From positions 1-24,284 of the IMG/VR virus record IMGVR_UViG_3300034984_000078: a stretch of DNA of 24,284 bases, one strand, 5' to 3'. The notes under the pieces were generated by a model, which saw nothing but the letters and a program-made list of their open reading frames with translations, had not been told where the DNA came from and searched no databases. Source of the DNA: a virus (taxonomy: Duplodnaviria; Caudoviricetes). Of the stretch, positions 8,594-16,818 are shown piece after piece (the first letter of the stretch is position 1; every line of letters starts with the position of its first letter). The position numbers were made by a program, and so were the translations under genes.

Positions 8594-8809
8594 CTATGAT
8601 CGAGCCACTTCTTTTAATGTGCCATCAGCATTCCATGAAAAAGTGAGAGTGAAAAGTAAGTTACCATCAGGATCATACACCTTAATCGTAGAAACCGTTC
8701 CATCCGCATTCCATGTAAAGGCGAATTTAGCGATTTTTTTCCCTATGGGCGCGCTCGTCAACTGACTTAGAATGGCATCGTGGATTGATTCGCCAGCCCA
8801 TCGACTCAC
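8594..8809 (-). CDS. Small tail-associated protein with duplicated F(T/S)WNADGT motif
   Basis: Start overlaps the hub stop codon; two YD-like beta-hairpin repeats. Confidence 0.65.
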   Translation of the reverse strand: MSRWAGESIHDAILSQLTSAPIGKKIAKFAFTWNADGTVSTIKVYDPDGNLLFTLTFSWNADGTLKEVARS

Positions 8810-10434
8810 GCTAAAACACCTCTACCAACTTTTGTCCGTGCAAGCTTCTCAATGGTTATGGACATTGTGCGCATGCCGTACAGGTAGTCGGCGAGCAGTG
8901 GCGGAAGTTTGCCAAGCTCCAAAGTTATTTCAAGCGTCTGAGTTTTTGCGTCTACGCGATACTCAACGGTTTCGATGCGGAAGTCAGAATCCACATTCTC
9001 GTTTGGCAATGGGACATGAATCTTATCTGCGGCGAGGGGGGGTGTGGTGCCATAGTCTATAACCGTGCTGGTTAAGGTGAGAGATTCTGCTGAATCTTTC
9101 AAGTAAGCAAGCAAAGCCTTAGCTCTCAGGTCACATTCGTTATCGCTTACAAGCTCCTCATCAGTCTCCGTGAGTTCACGTAAGCCATAGGCATTTTGGC
9201 TTCCAGTATCTTCAGATGTTCCAGTATAAGAACAGTTTAGAAAACCGAAGTCGCCATCCCAAAAAATGTATGAAGTAGCACCGACACAATTCATTATAAG
9301 TTGAAGACCGCTTATTTGACTCCATTGAGGATTTCCAACCTTTGTCCAGATTCCGTTAGGGTTATGATTTGCATCATACATTTGGTTGGGTCCCAAAGCC
9401 AATGAGATGAAACCCCACCGTAGAATACATTGACCTTCAAGAATGGATTTAATGTCTGCTTGAAAATAGTTTGCACTGTCAGGAGCCCACAATCTAACAT
9501 AACCATAGCCTCCTCCCAAATTCCCCGGCATCCAAGCCCACACAACAAAAGCTTGAGGCTTACATAGAACGTTGAATGTACGGTAAATGTTTGCTTCTCC
9601 ACCTCCACCCGGAGTCCAAACACGAAGGCAATGGCTTCCCTCTCTTTGCCTTTCAGATTCCAATTCAAGAGTTCCCGAAACTACTGTCCAACCTAACAGT
9701 GATTCGCTCCAAGAATCCAAGTCTGCTGGAAAATTTTTTCCTTGACAGCCATAAACTCTGATTCTGTTTCTTATTCGCAGAATGTCTTTACGGTATTCGC
9801 TGTCCTCGATTTTTTCTGAAAGGCTTACAGGTGATGTCTTGCTGTTCTTTGGGAAAAACTCAAACTTGCCATCAGGAGCCACACGAAAATCAAAGCCAAT
9901 AACACCGTTTTTATCAGATGACTCTGCAATGTATTTTATTATGTCCCAGACAGGTGTGTTTTCATATTCCAAGTGCGTGTAAGTGGTATCCGTGTCTTCC
10001 ACAAGTTCTGTTGAATCTCGGACATGGCTTAAGCCAACATAGTAATCAAGCAGGTCCTTAACAATTTCTTCGCCCTTTTTGTTGTCATAAGTTTTGGTTA
10101 CGACTCTGCGGAAAAGCCGTTCTCCCCAGCATCGTCCGCTAACACGAAGATAATGTTCCGTTGATGTAGGAGATTCACATTGAACCTTTTCAACACGACA
10201 AGTTATAATCTGCGGAACATTCGTGCCTCTTCCGATGCTTATGCTTCCATCCATACCCACGTTAATAGGTGAAGTCCCGCCCGGGCTATACTTTTTGTTC
10301 CAGTTCTGAAGCAAACACTCAAAACTGCTAACCTCTTTTGTGCAGCCCAAATGAACGGTAAGATCGACAACGTCGCCTTGAGGTGGAGTAACACTGCCAA
10401 AAACAATGGCACATTTTGGAATGTTAACGCTCAT
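8806..10434 (-). CDS. Baseplate hub / tail tip protein with inserted beta-rich domain
   Basis: Follows TMP; hub-like N-half (LRVSGRCWGERL, FDFRVAPDGKFEFF, NRIRVYG) and C-part (SQNAYGLRE, FRIETVEY..LEITLELG). Confidence 0.72.
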   Translation of the reverse strand: MSVNIPKCAIVFGSVTPPQGDVVDLTVHLGCTKEVSSFECLLQNWNKKYSPGGTSPINVGMDGSISIGRGTNVPQIITCRVEKVQCESPTSTEHYLRVSGRCWGERLFRRVVTKTYDNKKGEEIVKDLLDYYVGLSHVRDSTELVEDTDTTYTHLEYENTPVWDIIKYIAESSDKNGVIGFDFRVAPDGKFEFFPKNSKTSPVSLSEKIEDSEYRKDILRIRNRIRVYGCQGKNFPADLDSWSESLLGWTVVSGTLELESERQREGSHCLRVWTPGGGGEANIYRTFNVLCKPQAFVVWAWMPGNLGGGYGYVRLWAPDSANYFQADIKSILEGQCILRWGFISLALGPNQMYDANHNPNGIWTKVGNPQWSQISGLQLIMNCVGATSYIFWDGDFGFLNCSYTGTSEDTGSQNAYGLRELTETDEELVSDNECDLRAKALLAYLKDSAESLTLTSTVIDYGTTPPLAADKIHVPLPNENVDSDFRIETVEYRVDAKTQTLEITLELGKLPPLLADYLYGMRTMSITIEKLARTKVGRGVLA

Positions 10435-10436
10435 TC

Positions 10437-11426
10437 TTACTCAACACCTCTGCGATACATGGCTTGCTCGCCGGCTCTGGTTATGCCCGCCATTTTCGTA
10501 GGAGTCTCCGAGGCAGCCGCATTATATCCTTTGACGCTTGCGGTTGCGGAGTTCATTTGAGAAGCAAAGATGGCTACGGCAGCCGCAGCAGCAATGATTA
10601 CGCCTATTCCAACGCCGGTCAAAGCCAGAAAAGTCGCGTGAGATATGTTTAAGGCGTTTTCAGCCATCGTTGCAATGTTGCAAGCACCGGCATAAATGCC
10701 ATGAGCAACTGAATGAGAAGTCTCGGCTGCAGCAGCCCCTGTTTCCGTGGTAGTTTCAACGGCTAGAGCAGCAGTATGCCCAGTTGTCATAAGCGTGAGG
10801 AAGCTGTACATACGAGCTGCAGTGGAAACAATCATTATAACAGCCATCAGTCCACGCACGTATTTCGCCGTCTCTCTATCAAGTATGCCGAAGTCAGTCG
10901 CTACCGTCGTTAGCTCCATACCCATCATACTAAAGGTGCGTATGCCACCCGCAACAGTGCGCAAGCTTACCATAGTCGCTTCAGCATGAGCGCTCATGTC
11001 ATCGAAACTAAGCGCTGAATTTTCAACTTGCCCTCTCATATCTACTGCAGCAACGCCGACTTCACCAAAAGAAGCAGTGCTCTCAACAGAAGCAGCAGAG
11101 ACATTACTACTCATACCTACAGCTGCAACACCAACACCAGAGAGACTCTCTTCAATAGGCACAGTATCAAGCGGCGGCAAAGGTGGAACTTCAATAGGCG
11201 CAAAGGCAATCGTTATTGGTGAACCTTCAACTTCAGCCTTAACCCTTGCAGCATCTTCAGCAACCCGGTTGATCTCTGGGCTTGCCAAATTTTCTGTATG
11301 AATAGTTACGGCCTGAGCGCCAACCTCTGAAGCCATACGCGCAGCATCACTTGCGACAGCTTCAAACTCGGGCGTAGCCTCATTTACCGCACGAATCGTA
11401 ACCGCTATCTCGCCCATTGTACTCAT
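10437..11426 (-). CDS. Short tape measure protein
   Basis: N-terminal IAVTIRAVNEATPEF motif; Ala-rich helical body with hydrophobic segments (LTGVGIGVIIAAAAAVA); ATG 11426 overlaps upstream stop as ATGA (track start 11435). Confidence 0.72.
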   Translation of the reverse strand: MSTMGEIAVTIRAVNEATPEFEAVASDAARMASEVGAQAVTIHTENLASPEINRVAEDAARVKAEVEGSPITIAFAPIEVPPLPPLDTVPIEESLSGVGVAAVGMSSNVSAASVESTASFGEVGVAAVDMRGQVENSALSFDDMSAHAEATMVSLRTVAGGIRTFSMMGMELTTVATDFGILDRETAKYVRGLMAVIMIVSTAARMYSFLTLMTTGHTAALAVETTTETGAAAAETSHSVAHGIYAGACNIATMAENALNISHATFLALTGVGIGVIIAAAAAVAIFASQMNSATASVKGYNAAASETPTKMAGITRAGEQAMYRRGVE

Positions 11427-11797
11427 TCTGCACATGCCTCCTCTGCAGCACGCTCCAAAGCCGCAGACACAATAAACATAAAGTTACTCGCATTCTCCGC
11501 CAAAGCCCGCGTCAAGAAATAACGTGGGCTAATATACCGTGTGCCCAACTCCTGAAACAAAGCGTAAGGCACCATACACGCGACTTTGACAACCCACTTG
11601 TAAATGATCTGAGCGTAAATCCCCGCTATCAAGCGACCAGTCCTTACCGGCGCCAACTCCTGAGCACGACGCACAACCTGCTTAGCTGTCTGATTCAAAG
11701 CGTCTTGGACACAGTTCTGCATGGCTTCATCTAACGTACGCATTTTAGCAGCAAAATCTTCAACGCCACTTAGCTCAACACGAAACTGGATACTCAA
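11423..11797 (-). CDS. HK97 gp10-like tail completion protein
   Basis: AQELAPVRTGRL and VPYALFQELGTRYISPRYFLTRAL signature motifs. Confidence 0.88.
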   Translation of the reverse strand: MSIQFRVELSGVEDFAAKMRTLDEAMQNCVQDALNQTAKQVVRRAQELAPVRTGRLIAGIYAQIIYKWVVKVACMVPYALFQELGTRYISPRYFLTRALAENASNFMFIVSAALERAAEEACAE

Positions 11798-11988
11798 CGC
11801 TTCGACTCTCTCTTAGCCCTCTCAATTTCTTCCTCTGTTTCTCGATCAATCTCACCAAGGATGACAAGAAATTGCTCAATCTTCTTCGCTGGCTGTTTGT
11901 CGAGCTGCTGAACTGTCCATCCGAACTCTTTGCATAAGCGAAACTCTGTTAAGGCTGGATGCGGACTCTTCCGCCTCATCGCCCTCAA
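11794..11988 (-). CDS. Tail assembly chaperone extension (gpT-like), probably expressed by -1 frameshift
   Basis: LCKEFGWT..QL..QP motif; lies in the -1 frame right after slippery A AAA AAC at 11997-11991. Confidence 0.75.
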   Translation of the reverse strand: MRAMRRKSPHPALTEFRLCKEFGWTVQQLDKQPAKKIEQFLVILGEIDRETEEEIERAKRESKR

Positions 11989-12326
11989 GAGTTTTTTATT
12001 TCTTCAGGCGACAGCCCGTTAAGACGGTTGACTGTTTTGGTAAATAACGCAGTTAGCCTTATGGGAACGCCCGTTTCAGCGTCTTCAGTCAAAAGCTTTT
12101 CAAGAGTAATCGGCTTATTCTCAGGCTGCTCCTTTAAACTTGCCCAAGTAATCTCTGCATCGATTGCGCCGACATCTGAATCTATGACGGCGCCAGTTTG
12201 CGGATGATATTTCGTGTACTTTTTGATTATGCGAAGCCTTTTAATTCGAGTTATTTCTCGAAAGATGTACCTGCCAGCGTATTCTTTACCGAATCGCTCG
12301 TCAACTTCAACACTTTCTGTTTCCAT
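11985..12326 (-). CDS. Tail assembly chaperone (gpG-like)
   Basis: Directly after the tube gene, ends EEIKNS; GGTGA RBS precedes ATG 12326 (track start 12335). Confidence 0.75.
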   Translation of the reverse strand: METESVEVDERFGKEYAGRYIFREITRIKRLRIIKKYTKYHPQTGAVIDSDVGAIDAEITWASLKEQPENKPITLEKLLTEDAETGVPIRLTALFTKTVNRLNGLSPEEIKNS

Positions 12327-12342
12327 GCTATTCACCTTTGAC

Positions 12343-13218
12343 TTAAGTTATGGCTACGGTTTGAGCGAGAAACTTCAGCTTAATACTTGCGAGATCCTTA
12401 ATTTTCGCTGTAGGATTGAACTCTTCCCATTTACAATACGTGAACAAAGCCTGCTTTCCACCACCCAAGTTGAAGTTAAGGCTAAATTGAGAATCAGCCA
12501 AGAGATCAGTTAATGCCCAATCACTCTCAAACTCGAGCGTAAGCTCTCCACTCAGTTTTCGGTTGCGTTCACGAAGGTATTTGAGAAGTAGCGCTGTTCC
12601 CCCACTTTGGATCACTGGAACTTCTTTAAGGTTGTTTTGAATCTCAAACTTCCAGTCCGTGACATCAGTAAGATCAGTTAAGCTTCCGCCTCCAGCAGCT
12701 CCTTTCTGCACTTTAGCATTGTAAAATGGAATCCCTCCAGGATAATCGCCATAGCTTGCGCCAGTAGGTAGCGATGTTGACCTCGAAACATTTTGCCCAA
12801 TCAGCTCAACATCTGCCTTAATAATGTCATCGACTTTGCAGTTGACAGTTAGCTTGTCGATTTTGCAGCCAGTATGCATAAAGGCGATGACGTTTGTTGG
12901 GCTCGTAAATAAGCCCTTGTAGTAAGCCACCAGAACACTTAGGCTGTTCAATGTCTGCACGTGCTGGATGAAACCGATGGGAGCAAGAGGACTCAATATG
13001 TGCGGAATCTTTAAGTCGACTTTTCTCATGCCAGCGACCAAGCTTTGAAGGTCTCTGCTGCCCACGCCTATAACCTCAATAAGCGATGGGACTATCTTCG
13101 GCTCCGGACCCTCGTTGTTAATCCCTAACATGATAGGATTCGTTGGTGTCTGTCCATACACTGTTTCTTGCACGAAATAGACGCGGCACTCATGTGCGCC
13201 GTATGTTTCTACACTCAT
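12343..13218 (-). CDS. Major tail tube protein
   Basis: ETVYGQTP N-terminus, GCKIDKLTV, WKFEIQNNL, RKLSGELTLEFE; no sheath gene nearby. Confidence 0.85.
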   Translation of the reverse strand: MSVETYGAHECRVYFVQETVYGQTPTNPIMLGINNEGPEPKIVPSLIEVIGVGSRDLQSLVAGMRKVDLKIPHILSPLAPIGFIQHVQTLNSLSVLVAYYKGLFTSPTNVIAFMHTGCKIDKLTVNCKVDDIIKADVELIGQNVSRSTSLPTGASYGDYPGGIPFYNAKVQKGAAGGGSLTDLTDVTDWKFEIQNNLKEVPVIQSGGTALLLKYLRERNRKLSGELTLEFESDWALTDLLADSQFSLNFNLGGGKQALFTYCKWEEFNPTAKIKDLASIKLKFLAQTVAIT

Positions 13219-13231
13219 GTTTTTTCACCTT

Positions 13232-14218
13232 TTAGAATACTCCTCCAATGTCCTCGAAGGACCATGATTTCAGGATAAACTCCGTCCTGAAGATGAAAGA
13301 CTTAACATCAACCCTGTCAACATCACGATAACTCTCAATATTCAAGTATGTGATACCATTAACTTGGACAGTGCAACTCACATAATCGCAGTTGATCACA
13401 GCTGCTGTTGTTCCGTTACTCGGGTTTGTTGTCCGAACGAGAAGCCAAACATACCCGTTAGAGTCGACGTAATTCGTAACGTTCAAAGTCAACGTTATAG
13501 TCACGTATTCATTAGCGCTTCCAGATCCACTCGCAGCGTTTTGCCAAGCGCCAGAGACAGCGTTCCAAACCTTAATCGTACTGCCATTCCCACTTGGAGC
13601 TGTCCCATAACCGAGAAAGGCCAAAATGATCTGTTGAACCATCGCTCCTGACATATCAAGCTTGAAACGGAAAAGCATCATCGCATACTGAAGGTTCACT
13701 GACGTGCTTTTACTGTAGTCTATGCTGTCCGGATGCCAAATCTTCTGATAATCCAAGTTCGACAGCTCAGCCCAACCTGCATCGCTTGGTACAAGCTCGC
13801 TCGTTGCGGCACCTGAAAACGCTTTATGCGGATCTCCTGAAGGATAGCCTTCTCCAGAGAAATCGTAAAACGCTTGATTCGGAGTCTTCATGTTTTGCCT
13901 AACAACACGGTTAACTTCTTCAACGATCTTCTGCCGCATTGTTCTGCCCGGGTCAGATGTCTGAGGTCTATCAGTAGCCCAAATATTAACACGAAGTCTC
14001 CCTATACGTCTCCGTATTCTACCAGAGACCTCAAGCATCTCATCCTGACTCTGAGCTAAACCCACGCTTATCTGCGCATCATAATTCTTGAAAAGCTCAC
14101 GGTCATACCACTCTTTGCTTACGTAAACAGTTGCGACTGAATTGTCGTTTTTAATCACTTGGATTTTCTTGCCTAGAAGCCTGATTACTGTTGTTACAGG
14201 GTCCTCGTACGCGCTCAT
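13232..14218 (-). CDS. Tail terminator-like protein with large inserted domain
   Basis: Position just before the tube gene; LRVNIWA...MRQKIVEEVNRVV pattern; Trp/Asn/Thr-rich insert at about aa 115-285. Confidence 0.6.
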   Translation of the reverse strand: MSAYEDPVTTVIRLLGKKIQVIKNDNSVATVYVSKEWYDRELFKNYDAQISVGLAQSQDEMLEVSGRIRRRIGRLRVNIWATDRPQTSDPGRTMRQKIVEEVNRVVRQNMKTPNQAFYDFSGEGYPSGDPHKAFSGAATSELVPSDAGWAELSNLDYQKIWHPDSIDYSKSTSVNLQYAMMLFRFKLDMSGAMVQQIILAFLGYGTAPSGNGSTIKVWNAVSGAWQNAASGSGSANEYVTITLTLNVTNYVDSNGYVWLLVRTTNPSNGTTAAVINCDYVSCTVQVNGITYLNIESYRDVDRVDVKSFIFRTEFILKSWSFEDIGGVF

Positions 14219-15834
14219 TGGCTAATCAGCTTCCTGCAGATGCTCTTGTAAAAAATAGGGTCGCCGTTCAAGTCAGAAACCGACACTGTAATAACTTCAT
14301 AGTCGATGCCTGCACGCCTTATCTTGTCATGCACACGCACTGGCAAAAAGCTGTAAACTGTAATATGGTCCTCAGTGATGTAGCCAGGCTCAAGGACAAT
14401 CTCGCCCGCTGCGCCCAAAGTCACTGCCCCCAATAGATTAAGCGGAGATCCCCAGGTCACTTGGTCAGCCGCTTGCTGAATAGGGTACAGAAGCAGACTT
14501 TCACCGTTGACGCTTAGAATATGCGTTATATCTGTTGAAGGGTCCTGATAAGCAAGGAATAGCTGCGCAAGCCAAGTTACATTCGTCATAGCCTTCTGCA
14601 GCGTTATCGGCGAATAATCCGTAAACTGCGGTCCCCAATACATCCACTGCGTTTGATATTGGTTGATTACTTGCATGCTTAATGCGTAAGCTGGCCTGTC
14701 ATGAGCTGCTCGAATCTTCGACAATATTCCGCTTGTGACTGCATCGTAATAGGCACAGGCTGGAAAACGAGTCACGACGTCAAGGTATCCTGGCCAACAA
14801 ATCGCTGGGTTATAAGCTGGGTACTGAGCTGAAGCCCGAATCGTCTCAATGAAATTGTACACTCTTTGACAAGACATGCTCCAACCCTCATAAGTGTAAA
14901 GCCCTAGTAACGCGAAGCTGATAGGATCATCATAAACCTGAGTTTCACCCAAGCCGACACGATGCCAATTCCCATCGCCCATGGGCTTGGGGTCAAAGTA
15001 TAAGAAAAGATTCTCAAGCCCGTTGCGCAAGAACTTTGCAGCATCGCTCATCGTGATACCATAGCTCAATGCATTAGGCACATCATAAGTAGAACCAAGC
15101 ATATCTAAACCGATTAAACAGTAAAGGCATTCAACATCCATCAGTCGACTCCAATTATCGTTAATGTCAACGTACCTCGCAAAACCTCCGTAATACTTAT
15201 CATGAATGCCCAGAATGCTTGGTAGAATCTGCATATTATACAGGAAAGTATGATCAGCAAGGACCGCAGCCGTAAGATAGCTGCTTGTGCCAGCTAGACT
15301 ATAGGCTTCAAGGAGTGCAGGGATACATCTTCCAGCGTCGATGCTGTAATACTGTGTGCTGCCGATAGCGCTCGCAAACCCACCGTAAGCTTTCTTCGTG
15401 TTATCTGTGCACTGCTGACTAACAATAAAGTCTGCAAGGCTTCTAATCTTCGCCAAGATATCAGCTTGATTTGCGCTAAACTGTGCTGCGGTATAAGCCT
15501 GACACAGAAAGTCGATTGCGAAGGCTGCTGGAAAGACTCCTTTTCCATAAGCAGGGTCTGGACCTTCAACCACGCCACCGTTAGCCACGTGATACGTGTA
15601 AGCGAGATTGTTCTGCATAGTCACGACGTTACTGTTAACGCTAGCTACAATGTTCCATTCGCTATTACTTTTATCGTAGATCTGCACTGGATATCCGCTT
15701 TGAAACTTGCTGCCATCCGCAACAGTTACATTTTTCTGGCCTGAAGGGGCATCCGCTGTTATGGCTGTGGGTATAACGTAGAAGTACGGGGCGTAATGCA
15801 TTATGAAATCGTAATAGCTTTGTGGAACGTTCAC
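14215..15834 (-). CDS. Multidomain virion protein: helical (alpha/alpha) barrel-like domain plus C-terminal head-closure-like domain
   Basis: Repeated helix-hairpin motifs (LADFIVSQQ..YGGF, ALLEAY....SYL.AA....FL, YYGGF); C-terminal GYITEDHITVYSFLPVRVHDKI...DYEV; neck-gene position. Confidence 0.6.
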   Translation of the reverse strand: MNVPQSYYDFIMHYAPYFYVIPTAITADAPSGQKNVTVADGSKFQSGYPVQIYDKSNSEWNIVASVNSNVVTMQNNLAYTYHVANGGVVEGPDPAYGKGVFPAAFAIDFLCQAYTAAQFSANQADILAKIRSLADFIVSQQCTDNTKKAYGGFASAIGSTQYYSIDAGRCIPALLEAYSLAGTSSYLTAAVLADHTFLYNMQILPSILGIHDKYYGGFARYVDINDNWSRLMDVECLYCLIGLDMLGSTYDVPNALSYGITMSDAAKFLRNGLENLFLYFDPKPMGDGNWHRVGLGETQVYDDPISFALLGLYTYEGWSMSCQRVYNFIETIRASAQYPAYNPAICWPGYLDVVTRFPACAYYDAVTSGILSKIRAAHDRPAYALSMQVINQYQTQWMYWGPQFTDYSPITLQKAMTNVTWLAQLFLAYQDPSTDITHILSVNGESLLLYPIQQAADQVTWGSPLNLLGAVTLGAAGEIVLEPGYITEDHITVYSFLPVRVHDKIRRAGIDYEVITVSVSDLNGDPIFYKSICRKLISQ

Positions 15835-15950
15835 TTTTCCATCAGCTCATTTATCAACTTTTTAATCTCGCAATGAGTGCAAACGGAATAATCGGTAACA
15901 AAACACTTCTCACAGACAAGCTTGCTAAGCCGCTTCAGTTTACCAATCAT
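15831..15950 (-). CDS. Small zinc-finger protein, 39 aa, not in ORF track
   Basis: MIGKLKRLSKLVCEKCFVTDYSVCTHCEIKKLINELMEK with two CxxC; stop overlaps GTG start of the next gene (GTGA). Confidence 0.65.
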   Translation of the reverse strand: MIGKLKRLSKLVCEKCFVTDYSVCTHCEIKKLINELMEK

Positions 15951-15957
15951 TGGTAAA
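15939..15957. repeat. Perfect inverted repeat TTTACCAAT-C-ATTGGTAAA
   Basis: 9-bp arms with 1-nt centre, read directly; covers the ATG of 15831..15950. Confidence 0.8.
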
Positions 15958-15960
15958 ATC

Positions 15961-16012
15961 TCCCGTCCTCAAAAAGCTAGGTTCGTGGGTTCAAATCCCA
16001 CCCCCAGCACTA
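15961..16012 (+). tRNA. 3' half of a tRNA-Leu-like gene (fragment, not a complete tRNA)
   Basis: TCCCG-T, variable arm CCT..AGG, TTC, T arm GTGGG-TTCAAAT-CCCAC (15985-16001), acceptor strand CCCCAGC, discriminator A, CTA; no matching GCTGGGG 5' half upstream. Confidence 0.7.
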
Positions 16013-16016
16013 TTTT

Positions 16017-16148
16017 CTAGGTTGGCGTGACTACTTCAACATCGTAGCCATTGTTGATAAGCTGCTGCATCTCAGCGCTTGTTAAAACTTGCTTGACGCC
16101 ATTCACTTTTGCAACGATATAGTTGCCCTTGCCTAAGACTTTGCTCAT
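16017..16148 (-). CDS. Small hypothetical protein, 43 aa, not in ORF track
   Basis: MSKVLGKGNYIVAKVNGVKQVLTSAEMQQLINNGYDVEVVTPT; ATGA coupling to upstream ORF. Confidence 0.65.
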   Translation of the reverse strand: MSKVLGKGNYIVAKVNGVKQVLTSAEMQQLINNGYDVEVVTPT

Positions 16149-16285
16149 CTTTTTTCACTTTCCATTCTTTTGAAGCAGGAGCCCATAAACGGGCAATGGT
16201 AAACACCGACTCTATCTGTCAGAATTGCGTGAGCACAATAGGCTCCCCAAAAACATTCGTTTTTGACTATACTACGAGCACTCAT
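16145..16285 (-). CDS. Small Cys/His-rich protein, 46 aa, not in ORF track
   Basis: MSARSIVKNECFWGAYCAHAILTDRVGVYHCPFMGSCFKRMESEKR; ATGA overlaps at both ends. Confidence 0.55.
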   Translation of the reverse strand: MSARSIVKNECFWGAYCAHAILTDRVGVYHCPFMGSCFKRMESEKR

Positions 16286-16746
16286 GGATTGATAAGACCC
16301 CCGCGATATGTTGGGACTTCGTCTTTGGCTGAAGCTTCAGCGGCAACTACAGGCGTGGCAAAATTCATTAGCATTCTAACAAGATCATCCTTAAAGCCTT
16401 GAGCTGCATTCTGAAATGCTACTCTGCCGATTGTAGCTTTGGTAATGAAAAGATCGCCTAAACGATAATCAAAGGCGCCTAGAAGCATCCCGCCGCTAGC
16501 AGCCACCAAGACACGAAGACAGGCCAGGTTTATGGCTGACATCTTCGCCCAATTGTACCGTGGATCAGTCACAAGCAAATCCTGGCCTACAATACTGTTC
16601 ACGTATAAGTTGGCATAATCAACATGAGCCTGAAAAGATGCCTGGGCTACGGGCAAACCAAACACTGTGTAGCTCAAGCTTGAAGAGTCAAAACTAGCGT
16701 TAAGATGAGACTGAATATCACTAGTTGTAACATATTGTACTGTCAT
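16282..16746 (-). CDS. Head-tail adaptor (SPP1 gp15/HK97 gp6-like)
   Basis: YVTTSDIQSHL start, helical core ANLYVNSIVG, DYRLGDLFI hairpin; downstream of capsid gene. Confidence 0.7.
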   Translation of the reverse strand: MTVQYVTTSDIQSHLNASFDSSSLSYTVFGLPVAQASFQAHVDYANLYVNSIVGQDLLVTDPRYNWAKMSAINLACLRVLVAASGGMLLGAFDYRLGDLFITKATIGRVAFQNAAQGFKDDLVRMLMNFATPVVAAEASAKDEVPTYRGGLINP

Positions 16747-16760
16747 ACCGTTTTACCTCT

Positions 16761-16791
16761 AAAAACTGAAAAGTTCCTAAAAAAGGGGAAT
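16761..16791 (-). terminator. Putative T-rich archaeal terminator
   Basis: TTCCCCTTTTTT...CTTTTCAGTTTTT on the minus strand after the 16819 stop. Confidence 0.45.
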
Positions 16792-16818
16792 GTCTATAAT
16801 TACCTAGTCATGCTATTA

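Noticed and set aside
15920-16012. Complete tRNA gene or provirus boundary (attL/attR)
   Set aside because: No 5' acceptor strand or D arm upstream, and viral structural genes continue on both sides
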